Assembly: GCA_963514005.1 (NCBI GenBank)
Contig: OY740785.1
Coordinates: 103,168,001-103,232,000 of the forward strand
Source of the DNA: Raja brachyura
Lineage: Eukaryota
Direction: 5' to 3'
Length of the DNA: 64,000 bases
In this document: one piece after another, positions 25,431-38,510 of the stretch
How the letters are laid out: each line of letters begins with the position of its first letter
Numbering within the stretch: position 1 is the stretch's first letter
Notes under the pieces: model-generated
Told to the model about the DNA's origin: nothing
Database searches by the model: none
What the model saw: only the letters and a program-made list of their open reading frames with translations
Made by a program: the position numbers and the translations under genes

Positions 25431-25728
25431 GGGGTAGCACAATGGCGCTGCCTTACAGTACTAGGGACGCAGGTTCGATTTTGACTATAGGTGCTGTCCG
25501 TACAGAGTTTGTACATTCTGCCTGTGACCTCATGGGTTTTCTCTGGGTGCTCCGGTTTCCTCCCACACTCCAAAGACATACAGGTTTGTAGGTTAATTGG
25601 CTTCTGTAAATTGGAAATTGTCCCTCGTGCGTAGAATACTGCTTGCATACGGGGTGATCGCTGGCTGGCGCTGAGTCGGTGGGCCAATGGGCCCATTTCC
25701 ATGCTGTATCTCTAAAGGCTAAATTCTA
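25431..25728 (+). mobile_element. V-SINE, near full length
   Basis: tRNA-like head, V-domain ctgggtgctccggtttcctcccac and ctaaa tail. Confidence 0.87.
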
Positions 25729-25787
25729 AGGACAGAAATAGCTTCACAAGTACAAAGAGGCAAAACAAAAAGGGGGAGACCGCATTC

Positions 25788-26165
25788 TTATTCTTTGCCT
25801 CAGGAAGTCCCTTGGGGTAGAGGATGACTTGCTTCCACCCAACTTTTGTGGGTAGTCAAATGACTGGCGAGGCTAAAGTGGGAACTGCAGACTCTGCCAC
25901 CAATGGGACAGGTGATGGTTGAGGGAACGGAGGGATAGTACATGAGGTGGAGTGTTCAATTCACCATTTACACCAGACCCTTGAGTGCTCCTGGTGCATG
26001 GCCTTCAGGTTCTCAATGCTGTGCAGAGTGCTCATCTCCACTATGTTGGTCCTATTCCAGAGCATCCTCGCACACATCTTTTTCTCATCTGTATAGCTCT
26101 ATGCCTGTCAGTTGGAATATTCTTCAAGGAAGCGTTGAGCACAAGTTTTAATTTGTTCTTTTCAG
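25788..26165 (-). mobile_element. RTE (BovB-like) LINE 3' fragment
   Basis: gaggatgacttgcttccac...gtgggaactgcagactctgccacc resembles reverse-complemented RTE 3' ends. Confidence 0.55.
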
Positions 26166-26286
26166 AGGCTTTCAGATAGACACACGGAAATGCAGGGAAT
26201 GGAGGGATATGGATCATAAGCAGACACATGAGATTAGTTTATTTTAGCATCCTGTTCTGCACAGACATTGTGGGCCGGGGGCCTGT

Positions 26287-26948
26287 TAGAAACATAGAAA
26301 CATAGAAAAATAGGTGCAGGAGTAGGCCATTTAGCCCTTCGAGCCTGCGCCACCATTCAATGTGATCATGGCTGATCATCCAACTCAGTATCCCATACCT
26401 GCCTTCTCTCCATACCCCCTGATCCCTTTAGCCACAAGTGCCACATCTAATGCCCTCTTAAATATAGCCAATGAACTGGCCTCAACTACCTTCTGTGGCA
26501 GAGAATTCCAGAGACTCACCACTCTCTGTGTAAAGAATGTTTTCCTCATCTCGGTCCTAAAGGAATTCCCCCTTATCCTTAGACTGTGACCCCTTCTTCT
26601 GGACTCCCCCAACATCAGGAACAATCTTCCAGCATCTAGCTTGTCCAACCCCTTAAGAATTTTGTAAGTTTCTATAAGATCCCCCCTCAATCTTCTAAAT
26701 TCCAGCGAGTACAAGCCGAGTCTATCCAGTCTTTCCTCATATGAAAGTCCTGACATCCTAGGAATCAGTCTGGTGAATCTTCTCTGTACCCCCTCTATGG
26801 CAAGAATGTCTTTCCTCAGATTTGGAGACCAAAACTGTACGCAATACTCCAGGTGTGGCCTCACCAAAACCCTGTACAACTGCAGTAGAACCTCTCTGCT
26901 CCTATACTCAAATCCTTTCGCTATGAATGCTAACATACCATTTGCATT
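26287..26948 (-). mobile_element. Young CR1 LINE 3' fragment with an open ORF2 C-terminus
   Basis: ORF 26385..26936 (183 aa) is uninterrupted. (ttctatgt)n tail. Inserted in an older plus-strand CR1 tail. Confidence 0.93.
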
Positions 26949-27208
26949 CTTGTCTTGTTCTTGTGCTGTACTTTTCTATGTTCTATGAATGAAATGTGAT
27001 GAATGAAGAAAAGCTAACTAATGTAAAAGATAGCTTGGTACTGGACAAGCTGTAGGGAAGAAAGCTTTCAACAGTTTGTATTGGAAATATTGAGGCGGAA
27101 TAAGAATAATACCAACCGCTTAGTCCCTGGAAACTCCCTTCAATAGCCATTAAGATCTTAGCGCACCTCCAATTCTGGGCATTTCAGCAATATAGGTTTC
27201 TATCAGAG

Positions 27209-27334
27209 ATGCAAAGATATCCATATGCTGGAATCTTGCATAAAACACTAGGTGCTGGAGTAACACTGTGGGTCAGGAGGTATCCACAGAAGCAAAGGAT
27301 TGTGACAATTTGGGCCAGGATCCTTCTCCAGACC
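27209..27334 (-). mobile_element. Old Penelope terminal repeat
   Basis: atgctggaatcttg...gctggagtaac...ccttctccagac. Confidence 0.6.
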
Positions 27335-27900
27335 GATTGTAGCAGTGGAGTGAAAGGTGGAAAATGATTTTATTGCTATTCCACTGAAGGCCAGCCCATC
27401 AGCAACCTAGGTCCTGGGCTATGGAAAACCCTCCTAACTGTTCAATAAAAAATTCAAGCAGAAATAAAAGAATAAAACTAGAAATGAAAGCAGTTTTTGG
27501 ATGGTGGGAAAATAATTGCAGATGACACGGGAATACAAAAGGAGAAGCTAGTTTTAAGTCATCAATGTAAATCTTTTAGCAAATCATTTTTTGTACTTTT
27601 CGTTGCTCTTTCGTTGATTTTCAGCCTGTTATATTATTCTGATAAAGCATTGATTATTTATTTTTAAAGCAGATATAACTTTACTGCTATAATATTAATA
27701 TATTTTCAAAACATCTTAAAGGTTAAGCAAAAAACAAACTACTAGAGAAACCTAGTGGGTCAGGCATCATCTATGGAGGCAAAAAGGACAAATAACATTT
27801 TGGATCGGGACTCCATTTCAGATAGTGGAGGAGGAGGGAGATAGCTGGTAGAAAGAGCTGAAGGGAAGAGGTGGGGAGGAAGCTAGCAAGTGAAAGGTGG

Positions 27901-27993
27901 GTACACAAAAGGCTGGAGAAACTCAGCGGGTGCAGCAGCATCTAAGGAGCGAAGGAGATAGGCAACGTTTCGGGCCGAAACCCTTCTTCAGAC
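27901..27993 (-). ncRNA. 93-bp Penelope-derived insert with a minimal hammerhead ribozyme core (27964-27991)
   Basis: Minus strand reads CTGAAGA A GGGT TTCG GCCC GAAAC GTT. 12-bp TSD agtgaaaggtgg / agtgagaggtgg. Inserted in an older Penelope remnant (~27725-28050). Confidence 0.8.
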
Positions 27994-28377
27994 AGTGAGA
28001 GGTGGATCCAGTTGAGGAGGAGTTGATTGATAAATGACTCAGTTGGGGGAGAGAAGATTGAAGATAGGATCTAAGGTTGGAAGTGGAGAAGCTGAAACCC
28101 AATATTGTATTGTTTGCTTTCTCTTTTGCTGTAATCATGTAATTGTATGATTTGCCTGGATAGCGCACACAACAAAGTATGTGACAATAATAAACCACTA
28201 CCAATGCAACACCACATTTTAATATGGGAAATCTATAGTTTCTAACATATGGAAAACCATTCCTAATGGACATTCAACAAAGTTATTGGTATTTTATAAT
28301 GAAGGCAGTCCAGTTGAAATTGTATACATGATATTGACAACATGTAACATAATAAAGATGTTAGCAATGTTAAAGTC

Positions 28378-28727
28378 CCAAACCGTTTGACCTGTTTTTA
28401 CAAAATGTTAAATGGTCAGCTAGACAAAGATCACAATACCTACACCAATCCCAAACCAATTAGGAGCAGACGAGGGCATTCGATCCAATTTGTGGTCCCA
28501 GCCTCAAAGACAGATGTGTACAGCAATTTGTTCTTTCCACACACTATTAAAGCATAGAATAATCTCCACCATGCCACGGTTGCCCAGCCAGATGCAACTA
28601 AATTTAAAGTGGCACTTTCTTCCCAATAACCCTCTCTGGCTAAACCCCTCCCTTCACCACCTCCAGTTTAAATTCCAGTTGGAATATTTTGGAGGACCAA
28701 GTAACCAAGAACCAAGAACCAAGAACA
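28378..28727 (+). mobile_element. L2/CR1-group LINE 3' end (Crack/Daphne-like)
   Basis: Encodes RLTCFYKMLNG...RRGH...YSNLFFPHTIKA*NNL; (accaaga)n tail. Confidence 0.65.
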
Positions 28728-28814
28728 GAATAAAAGGTGCAACTTGGATACAAAATTGCCCCAGAAAGCATAGCTGTAGTGGACATTTGGACATCAGCTC
28801 TGCCTACCAGAGCC

Positions 28815-29455
28815 ACCTGGGGCCTGGTTGCTTACCATTTTAATTCCTCTTCCCCTCAGCGTCAACCATTGCCAGAGTGAGGGCAGGCACAAACAAAAAG
28901 AGCTGCACCTCATATTCCATTTGAGTAGCTTACAAACCAATGTTATGAACAATGAATTCTCCAATTTCAGGTAATATCATCTCCCTCTCTATCCAACTCT
29001 CCAATCTTCCACCCTTGCACCTTTCGTTATAACTCCCCAGCCTCATCACAATTCCTTTCCGCTCCTCCACGTGCCCTACCTACTCCCCCTCCACCAAAAT
29101 TCTCTATCCACTATTCCCCCCATGATTCTACATTTCACTTCCTTCCTATCAGACTCCACCATTTTCACTCTTTTGGTTTATCCACTAGCTGATGATTATT
29201 ATCTCTACCCATCTCTCCCTCATCTAACACATCTGCTACTCTATCGCTGCACACCCGGCTCCATCTATCATTTGCTCATTCTTACCTCACCCTTTCCCTT
29301 CACCACTTTCTACCACCTTTCTCCTCCGCTCCATCAGTCTGAAGAAGGATCCCAATCGTCATCGGTCCATTTACCTCCACAGATGTTCCCTGAAAGGCTG
29401 AGTTGTTGCAGCACTTCATTCTTTGCTCAAAATTCCAGCATCTGCAGTCTCATGC
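28815..29455 (+). mobile_element. Old Penelope element 3' end (GIY-YIG C-terminus, UTR, degenerate hammerhead at ~29339)
   Basis: VAYHFNS...ELHLIFHLSSLQTNVMNNEFSNFR*, a C/T-rich UTR, ctgaagaagg and an ...attccagcatctgcagt terminus. Confidence 0.75.
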
Positions 29456-31351
29456 CTCCAGTTTAAAAAGTTAATTTTGTTGTCAAACTGGACTCAATAA
29501 CTTATATGCATCACAGCAATGAGCCCTACATATTCATCAAAGTTTACATCAGCCAACAGCAAGAAATTTCACCCTGCATATCTTGAAAGCAATTTATATA
29601 TAATAAATAAGGTAAATGCAGGTTTATTGATTTCAAAATTCATTCAGTTTACTTTGGCCAAATGAACAATTCTCATTTGCAAATGTGTACCACATCCTAT
29701 TTTGCATTTAGTAAAATCTGGGGTACACTTAATTGTTATAAACTGCTGTTGAAAATAGAACTCAGTGCATCCAACGGTGGTCAAATCAATATCTGCAACT
29801 CAACACTTAAGAACATGTCTACTGAATAATTCACTTTATAAAATCGAGGAATAGTAAAATAAATAAACCACTTGACAATTGAAAACATATCGTAGAAAAA
29901 TCTCCTTGAGAGAAGATTAATGAATACTGGTTTTCAAATAACTCACAACTTTTCCGTTTTCCTTAACAGAGATGCATGTTTATTCAATGGATAACATTGG
30001 CTGTTTTTGATGAAATTATTTGTAGTGTAGGGGAGGGTGAAGGCAGGGTTGAGTGGGAAGCCACATAATGCATTTCCAAGGCTGGCTGAATGACGAAAGA
30101 AAGTCCTTCAATAATGGGCCTCAAATAAATTTACAATTAGTTATCAACTTATCAACAACATTTCCAGACATTGATAGGCAGCTCGCCAGTCAAGAGTCGA
30201 AGATCTGGCTGTGGTGACACTTGTAGTGAGTGAAGGAGGTAGCAGCTGGTGGGATTCAGAGTCCAGTTAAGGCAGACTCAATGGAGAAGTGAAATTCTAC
30301 TAAATGTGTTATCTTTTTGTGTCAGTAAGGACTCAGCTAAGCTACGCAAGTTCAGCAAATGGTGGCAGAAACATTGGGTTTGAAAATTAAAAATAAGTCT
30401 TCTAAAATTGTCTTATTTGATGGTACCAGCAGTTGTTGATCAAAGGATTGCTATCTGCCAGAGGAACAGGAAAGCAAACAAAAAACAAATGCAAGTTGCA
30501 GATGTTGGAAATCTGAAATAAATGCAGAGCACTGTCAAGGCAGCATCTGTGATGAAACAAAGAAAGTTAATATTTCAGGTTCATGTATTTTGTTAGAACT
30601 CAATGTCACTTGGTTCATTTTGAAAGGGACAAATCACTGGAATAAAAACTTCCCATCTGCAAAGCAGTACCATTAGCAAATAATGATTTGCCTAATGGTA
30701 ATTGCCGACTTGCCTAAAAAGTCACCGAAGCGGGACTGGCCCTTTATGACGTGTTTTGTGGGAGGTATGAACTCACTTAAAGTGAATGGGCTAATAAATG
30801 CTGCAAAAATCAGTCACATAAATTCATTGAATTCAAGTAATACAAATAGTTATTTTGAGTTTGCAGAGTACACAAAAGATAACACTGGCAATTAGTGTGT
30901 GTGCATACGTAATGTGTAAACCAGATAAATTGTGGGCTCGCCACTGTGGAAAGTATGATTTATGAGCAAGGCAAGATGTGTCTAGAGTGGACAAATCCGT
31001 ATTAATGCACCCAGTAAACTGTTTTATAGATAAGCAGACAATATTTATATTATAATTACAGACTCTACAAACTATATACATTTGTGATACATATGGAAAT
31101 ATGAGTATGTTATCTGTAGACACCAGTGTCAAGCCCTGTGCTGTGTGAATTGTGCATTGAAGTAGATAGAAAGAAATGCAACATACACAAAGCAACAGGA
31201 AGATAATGAAAAGAAGCAAAGATATAGGTACGCATGGATCCAACAATAAATTTCAATAGGGATTTGGATATACTCAGAGAGGAAACGTTTTCAGTGATGC
31301 AGGAAACAAGCAGGGGCTGGGACTAACCATCTAGTTCCACCAAAGAGACTA

Positions 31352-31880
31352 ACATGACGCCGAGCAACTTCCTACCGCGTTGTGGTTCAGTGTGATGGTT
31401 AGGAAGATGAACAAATGGGGGCTCGGGAAGGCACATCAGTGTTCTCCCTATCAAGGCGTGCGTAGAACGCATTGAGCTCGTCAAGGAGTGATGCTTCGCC
31501 GTCACTTGAGGTGCCTCCTGATTCTGTCCTGTGAGAAGTGATGGTATTTAAGCCCTGCCAGAGTTGCCGAACATCCGCCTCATCCTCCAGCGGAAGTCCC
31601 TTTTGGCCATGTCAAGGTCGTATCTCTGTGTCACCAGACCTGAATGCCCGGCATCTGGTCTTCAGCAGGGTGCGGATCTCCTGGTTCATCCAAGGCTTCT
31701 GTTTAGGAAACACTCTGAAAGTTTTTGTTGGAACGCAGTCCTCCAAACATTTCCTTATGTAGTCTGTAATGACTGTGGCAAATTAATTTAGGTCTGTTGC
31801 TGAGTCCTTGAACATTGCCCAGTCTACGGACTCCAAGCAGTCCTGTAGTTATTCCTCTGCCTCCCCCACCCAGCTCTGTA
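31352..31880 (-). mobile_element. Rex1/Babar LINE internal fragment
   Basis: Minus strand encodes LQDCLESVDWAMFKDS...YIRKCLEDCVPTKTFRVFPKQKPWMN. Confidence 0.8.
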
Positions 31881-32104
31881 TGAAATTATTCAGAGTGGTG
31901 ATTTAAGAGGTGTGAAAATGCTCTCAGTTTCCTCAGTAACCCTTCACACCCTTGCTTATCAAGAATCTATCTACCTCTACCTTAAAAGTATTCACAGACT
32001 CTGCTTCCATCATTATTTGGGGAAGAGAGTCCCATATGTGCAATCCTATGATAGAAAACATTTCACCTCATCTCTGTCTTATATGAGCAACCCCTTGTTT
32101 GCAA

Positions 32105-32639
32105 ATCCAAATCTGAGGAAGGACATTATTGCCATAGAGGGAGTGCAGCGAAGGTTCACCAGACTGATTCCTGTGATGTCAGGACTGTCTTATGAACAAA
32201 GACTGCATAGACTCGGTTTATACTCTCTAGAATTTAGGAGATTGAGAGGGGATCTTATAGAAACTTACAAGATTCTTAAGGGGTTGGACAGGCTAGATGC
32301 AGGAAGATTGTTCCCGATGTTGGGGAGGTCCAGGACAAGGGGTCACAGCTTAAGGATAAGGGGGAAATCCTTTGGGACTGAGATGAGAAGGAATTTTTTC
32401 ACACAGAGAGTGGTGGGTCTCTGGAACTCTCTGCCACAGAGGGTAGTTGAGGCCAGTTCATTGGCTATATTTAAGAGGGAGTTCGATGTGGCCCTTGTGG
32501 CTAAGGGGATCAGAGGGTATGGAGAGAAGGCAGGTACGGGATACTGAGTTGGATGATCAGCCATGATCATATTGAATGGCGGTGCAGGCTCGAAGGGCCG
32601 AATGGCCTACTCCTGCACCTAATTTCTATGTTTCTATGT
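32105..32639 (+). mobile_element. Young CR1 3' fragment, inserted in an older minus-strand CR1 remnant
   Basis: Latter part of ORF 31912..32547 (IEGVQRRFTRLI...LWNSLP); ttctatgt tail. Confidence 0.92.
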
Positions 32640-32641
32640 AA

Positions 32642-33189
32642 AGGGCCTGTCCCACCAGCATGCGATTGCATGTGTCTAGCACGACCAAACGTGGCTGCTT
32701 GAGGTGTACGGCTTTGCGGGGCCGGTCCCTTTTTGAACCGCAGAGGCGTATGGAGTTGTGCGGGGCTGGTCCCGACATCATACTCACCAATCCGCTGGGC
32801 AGGAGATGGGCCGACTGAATTTGGACGTCGCACGGCGTCGGGCGATGACGTCATCATGCAAAGACACACCGGGTGGTGACGTCATCGCACGACGCCACGC
32901 GCTAGGCATACGCCGTCATGACGCTGCGTATGACGCCAAGACGCTGCATACGCCTGTCGAGACGTTGCGTATGCCCTCAATGCGCCTGCGGGCCGACAGG
33001 CCGTTGGCGCGTGGGACTTTCGGACACTGCAAGATTTTTGGAGCCCCGTGCGATGTTGGGACCAGCCCCGCGCAACTCCATACGCCTCCGCCGATCGAAG
33101 TGTGACCGGCCCCACGAGGCCATACGCCTTAAACGACCATGTTTGGTTGCGCTAGTCACATGCAATCGCATGCTGGTGGGACAGGCCCT
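32642..33189. mobile_element. PIF/Harbinger-type MITE, CpG-rich
   Basis: TIRs agggcctgtcccaccagcatgcgattgcatgtg and complement; TAA TSD (32639-32641, 33190-33192). Confidence 0.92.
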
Positions 33190-33872
33190 TAAGCTGTGAC
33201 CCTGAGTTCAGTTCCTGATCTTATAGTTTAATGAACAAGTGGACAGTCACCAGGCATTGCTTTATAGTCGCAGGCCAGTCAAGGGGAAACATTAACATCT
33301 CGCAACATAACACAAGCACGAGAGCAGTTTGAGAAGTACACAGCAAAGTGACTATAGCGGGGAGTCAGAGCCTTTGAAAAACAACAGAGTGGGGCAGAAA
33401 GTGGCATATACAGATCTGGAACATAGTGAAGAGACAGCTAAATGAAGATAGGATAAGATAGGCTCTGCCACGGTGAGAGACCTCAGTTTAAGATAACTGC
33501 AGATGTATATACAATAACCAAGAGTGACTCCAACAGGAGAGGGCCACATGCAACATTAGCAAGCAAATCATCCACCAAGAGACCCGCAGTTATATAATTC
33601 CAGGCTATGCTGTATGCTGCACCCGGTGAAAACAATTACAGTTCACAGAATTAGGAGATGCTGAAGTAATGTACATGATATAGGCAAGTGTGAATCAGCA
33701 CCAATCCCTATTAGTGAGCAAGCAGGCTTTATGTTTCTCTACCGACAGCAGGATCTCCATCGATAAAGGCCAGCGGCAAGGTGGGACTGCATTTTGCCTG
33801 AATTTGAAACACGGTGTCATCTGGAACATGATGTACAGTCTTACCAAAGATAAGATAAATAATCTAGATTAC

Positions 33873-33953
33873 CTCTGTTGTTTTGTGGCACTGGAAGCTC
33901 TCCATAACTCCAGGGAAGCAATGCTGGGTTCTCCTCGTCTGCATTTCTCTTCA
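33873..33953 (-). CDS. Candidate 81-nt internal exon of an unidentified host gene
   Basis: Minus strand: ttttcatttccttccatatcag|TGAAGAG...AACAGAG|gtaatc. Length divisible by 3. Two frames are open (KRNADEENPALLPWSYGELPVPQNNR or EEKCRRGEPSIASLELWRASSATKQQR). Lies in non-repetitive DNA; protein not recognised. Confidence 0.35.
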
Positions 33954-34352
33954 CTGATATGGAAGGAAATGAAAATTGTGCGGGATGTACAAAGGTACAG
34001 GTAATATATATTACCTGCATTAATAATTAATATAGCCCGTCTTTCCCTTGTACAACGTTTAACAACTACAGCCAATGTGCCAACCAGAACTAGATTTATC
34101 ATTAGACCGATTCAAACTGAACATCATATTTCACTTTTCCAGGCATTCTGTGTCCAGGTTTTAAAACTATCATTGCAGCACACTTCCCACAGACCCCATC
34201 ATCTAATCTTCACCACTGAGATCTGTACAATTCATACTGAATCAGCTGAGACTAGTGCAAATGATCAGGGAACTATAAACACAAGTGAGCCAAGCAAAAC
34301 CAAAACCGATAATAATGGTATCCGGAATAGCTTGAAGTGTTTAAGATAAGAA

Positions 34353-34836
34353 AGGGTTCAGAAAAGATTTACGAGGATGTTGCCAGGACTAGAGGATGTG
34401 AGCTATAGGGAGAGGTTGAGTAGGCTGGGTCTCTATTCCATGGAGCGCAGGAGGAAGAGGGGTTATCTTATAGAGGTGTACAAAATCATGAGAGGAATAG
34501 ATTAGGTAGATGCACAGAGGCTCTTGCCCAGAGTAGGGGATTCGAGGACCAAAGGACATAGGTTCAAGGTGAAGGGGAATAGATTTAATAGGAATCCGAG
34601 AGGTAGCTTTTTCACACAAAGGGCGGTGGGTGCATGGAACAAGTTGCTAGAGGAGGTAGTTGAGGCTGGGACTATCCCATTGTTTAAGAAACTGTTAGAC
34701 AGGTACATGGATAGGACTGGTTTGGAGGGATATGGACCAAGTGCAGGCGTGAGACTAGTGTAGCTGGGACATTGTTGGCCGGTGTGGGCAAGTTGGGCCG
34801 AAGGGCCTGTTTCCACACTGTATCACTCTATGACTC
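34353..34836 (+). mobile_element. CR1 3' fragment (third family)
   Basis: RTKGHRFKVKG..FFTQRAVGAWNKL; ctatgact tail. Confidence 0.88.
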
Positions 34837-35820
34837 AATTCACAATGGCCACAAAGCTGGCTAGTCTTCCTGGTCATAATTGCAGAATTCTGTTAACGGT
34901 AATGGTTCAGCAAATCCTTTGTCGTACTCTCATTTCATTAGATAGCAAAGCACGGGGAGGCAACCTAAATGGTTTTTCTTCACATCACATAATATTAACA
35001 TTAAAAATTGATTGGTGCATACCAATCAAAGCAGCAAATGGTGCAGTATAGATTTTTAATAACATTATTTTCAGTAATTCTGTATCAAATTGTTTGCTGC
35101 TGGAAGACTGGACACTGTAATCAGCAAGGTTTATTTTTGTGATGAACCAATCTTCAACAATGGTACAGTAATAAAACTGCAATTCATTACCAGTCAAATT
35201 TCATCAACAAATACTGTTTAATGGAAAAGGAAGAACAAGGATAATTGTGTTCTATTGCTTTGCCAAACTGCATGAATTCAGGAAAGATTTACTTTATTAT
35301 CAGAAATCTGAAATTGTAAACTAACCATTGCATATCTCAGGACCATTTTGGGCACAATTACCCAGTTGCATTCCAAATGGAATTTCTATCCATCCATTTG
35401 AATTATTTTATGAAACAATTAGTTTGTATTGCTGCATGAAGAATTTAAATTCCTAAAACATAATGGTTTCTTTAATTTGTTAACGTTATGCCCACTGTTC
35501 TTGCACAGTAGTTTGAATTATATTAGCAGACGCCCATTCGCAAGACATCCAAAAAACTCCACAGACGTTTAATTGCTTCCTGAAGTGTAAACAAATACAA
35601 TGGCCAATATGGATACAGCAAACCCCCATAAACAGGAATGTGATTAAAAGCCAGTCAATCTGTTCTTGGTGACGACAGTCCCGTATCAAATAACTGTTCT
35701 CTAATAATGGCAGAAAAACACTGCTGAATGACTCTTAGATCAGTGATAACCCCATAGGCAGGAGGTTGCAGATTTTAATCTGACTTCATTACTAATTCTG
35801 GGCTAACCCTGCAGTACAGT

Positions 35821-36043
35821 AGACAATAGACAATAGGTGCAGCAGTAGGCCATTCGGCCCTTCGAGCCAGCACCGCCATTCAAAGTGATCATGGCTGATC
35901 ATCCCCAATCAGTACCCCATTCCTGCCTTCTCCCCATATCCCCTGACTCTGCTATTTTCAAGAGCCCTATCTAGCTCTCTCTTGAAAGCATCCAGAGAAC
36001 CTGCCAACACCGCCCACTCCACTGAGGCAGAGAATTCCACAGT
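35821..36043 (-). mobile_element. CR1 3' end
   Basis: (agacaat)n tail; FKRELDRAL. Confidence 0.88.
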
Positions 36044-37906
36044 ACTGAGGGACTGGTGCATCTTAAATATGATGTATTTTGAATTAGACAAGGAATCCAC
36101 AAAATGCCATCGTGGAAGATTCTACAGCTCGGGCGATCACAGTGCAAACCTGCCAAATCCACCTGCACAGCTCCAGAAGTTGGGATCAAACCCTGGTCAC
36201 TGCTACTATGAGGCAGCCATTCTACCAGCTGTGCCACAGTGCTGTCCTGGCTACAGTGAATTTGTCACGTGTCAAGATTGCAGTTCTTGTGCAGTAGGTG
36301 TGGAGGCAGTGAACATTTCAGATTGGTGAGTGTATTTCCAACCAAGCAAGCTATTTAGTCCTGGTTGGCATTAAGCCTCTCCTGTGTTTCTGGATCCAGA
36401 GAATTCCATCGCCTTGAAGATGGTGGAAAGGCAATGATTAGTGGGTGGGTGAATGCATCACTCAAAGGATGCAGCCATTATGTATCTGATCAACAACAAA
36501 TGTACTCATGAATGAGTGTAGATCAATAGGATGGCCAATAGCTGGACTGGATTTGGTCTGTGTTTTGTGGCAAGAAATATCATTCTGTGGGATAGATAAA
36601 AGTATGACAACATTGACAAAAACTGTTTGGTGGAAAGGGTGCCATGCTGCAAATGCTAGAGTCAGGTTTTCAGTAAGTAAGTCCAAGGTGTTACTGAACA
36701 CCAGATCATCTGATGGGACTGTCGTCACCTTCAGTAGATTGACTGAAGAACCTTCAGCAAAAGAGTGGTTCCACAAAGATGCAGTACAGAACGCCACAGG
36801 AGATCCCTTTTTCCTGTGACAATCAAACTGTCCAACTCTTCCCCCTTCTGTCTTGGGGTACAGTGACTCTCCTCTCTCCCCCCCCCCCCCCCCCAAATAT
36901 TTGCACATCCCTAATCCTTTCCACTCGTCATTTTAATTTCATGTTTCATGTATCTTGTGTTTTATGATTGTTGGCAGATCAATTTCCCTCCTGGAATACA
37001 TAAAGTTCCATTGTATCTTATATCATAAAGTCTTTGCAATGCTTTCAACCATTTCTTGATATGTGGATTATGCGAATTGTCAGAGGACTAGCTTCTAACA
37101 TGTGAGCACTTCTGGTCAGACACAATTGCAGATGCTTCATGTTTGTCTTTAACATTCATATGTTAGACCCAGTCATAATCAAGGATGTGACATCTCTGGA
37201 ATAGGCTCCTTTTGTCAGTCATTTATTTGCCCACAGCATTTGCCAGTAGAAAGTGGCTTGAACACAAAATGTGGATCCTATCAAATGGTCATGGATTATT
37301 CATTAATCTGAAGATTACATGCAATTATTTTCTTTCTGGCACTGATGTAGACCTGTATTGGAGATTCATAAGTTTAGCACCTAGTTTTTACGTACACATT
37401 CTCTGGAATGTGCATCAAAAATGGGAGCACATTCCAGGGAGATCCTCTATTGTGTCTGATACAGTTCATTGAACACACTTTTTCACCCGTCACTGACCCA
37501 AGATTGAAGTATGAGAACGATTGCATGCTGATGCCTTCTTTGTGAAGGTAGCAGTCAGTGCTCACTAGAACTGAGATGGGCTTTCAAAAACGCTGTCATG
37601 GACTGGTGCATCTGCAACAGATGTTTGAGAGAATAAAAATGAAATAGGCCCATCTTTTTTCTTGGTTGTCTCACCACCTGGTGTCAAACTAATTTGGTGA
37701 ATATTTTCCTCGGGACTTGGGCAATTTAGTTTTGGGTGGAACAGCCAGACTACATTTGATATTGGACATTGAGCTCCATACCCCAGCCGGAATATAATCT
37801 ATGCTCTCTCATCTCGCACTGCTTTGTCCTTTGTTGAGGGAGGATAGCAGGCAGCCATATTCTGGAGATTACATGCGTGATGCCATGAGACTCAGGGATC
37901 AGATTA

Positions 37907-38142
37907 AAGGCCTGTCCCGTTTGGTGATTTTTTTCGGTGACTGCCTGCTTCATACCAGGGTCGCCAAATGATTTTGTACATTTCAAAATCGAGCGGCGAC
38001 AAAAAAAATGCTGCGACACTTGAAAAAGCACCGCGCGTCAATACGTCATCACGCCGCGTCACTGCAAATTTTTCAGTGACCTGATACATCAGTCAATGAT
38101 GTCGGCAGTCACCGAAAAAAATCGCCAAGTGGGACAGGCCCT
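37907..38142. mobile_element. Short PIF/Harbinger-type MITE (236 bp)
   Basis: TIRs aaggcctgtcccgtttggtgattttttcggtgactgcc / ggcagtcaccgaaaaaaatcgccaagtgggacaggccct; TTA TSD. Confidence 0.88.
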
Positions 38143-38510
38143 TTAATGTGCAGAACTCCCGGAACACATTTTGTCACATACTTTGCCTCTAGTTTTGGTG
38201 GGACAAACAGGTGGGACAGGGCACACTCAAGGATGGTGGTAGATGCTGTAATGTGTGATTCTGTGAGTACAATTACCTTAGTTGTTGCTTGACTGCTGTG
38301 TAGTAGAGCTCTCGCAACTTATTCACCAGTCTCCAGGTGTTTATAATCTTCGCAACATCAACTGCAATTTAGCCATATCTGGATCCAATGTCGTAACTGG
38401 CGTAGAGTGCTCTGCCCAGTTTTGTTCTTATTTTGTTTAAACACAGCAGTATGGATACAATTGAATGTCTTGCTCACATATTATCGAGGACCATGACTAC
38501 ATTGTAGAGA

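Noticed and set aside
25431-25500. tRNA gene
   Set aside because: A/B-box-like head of a V-SINE that continues into the V-domain and tail; the same applies at 4670-4728, 56484 and 59516.
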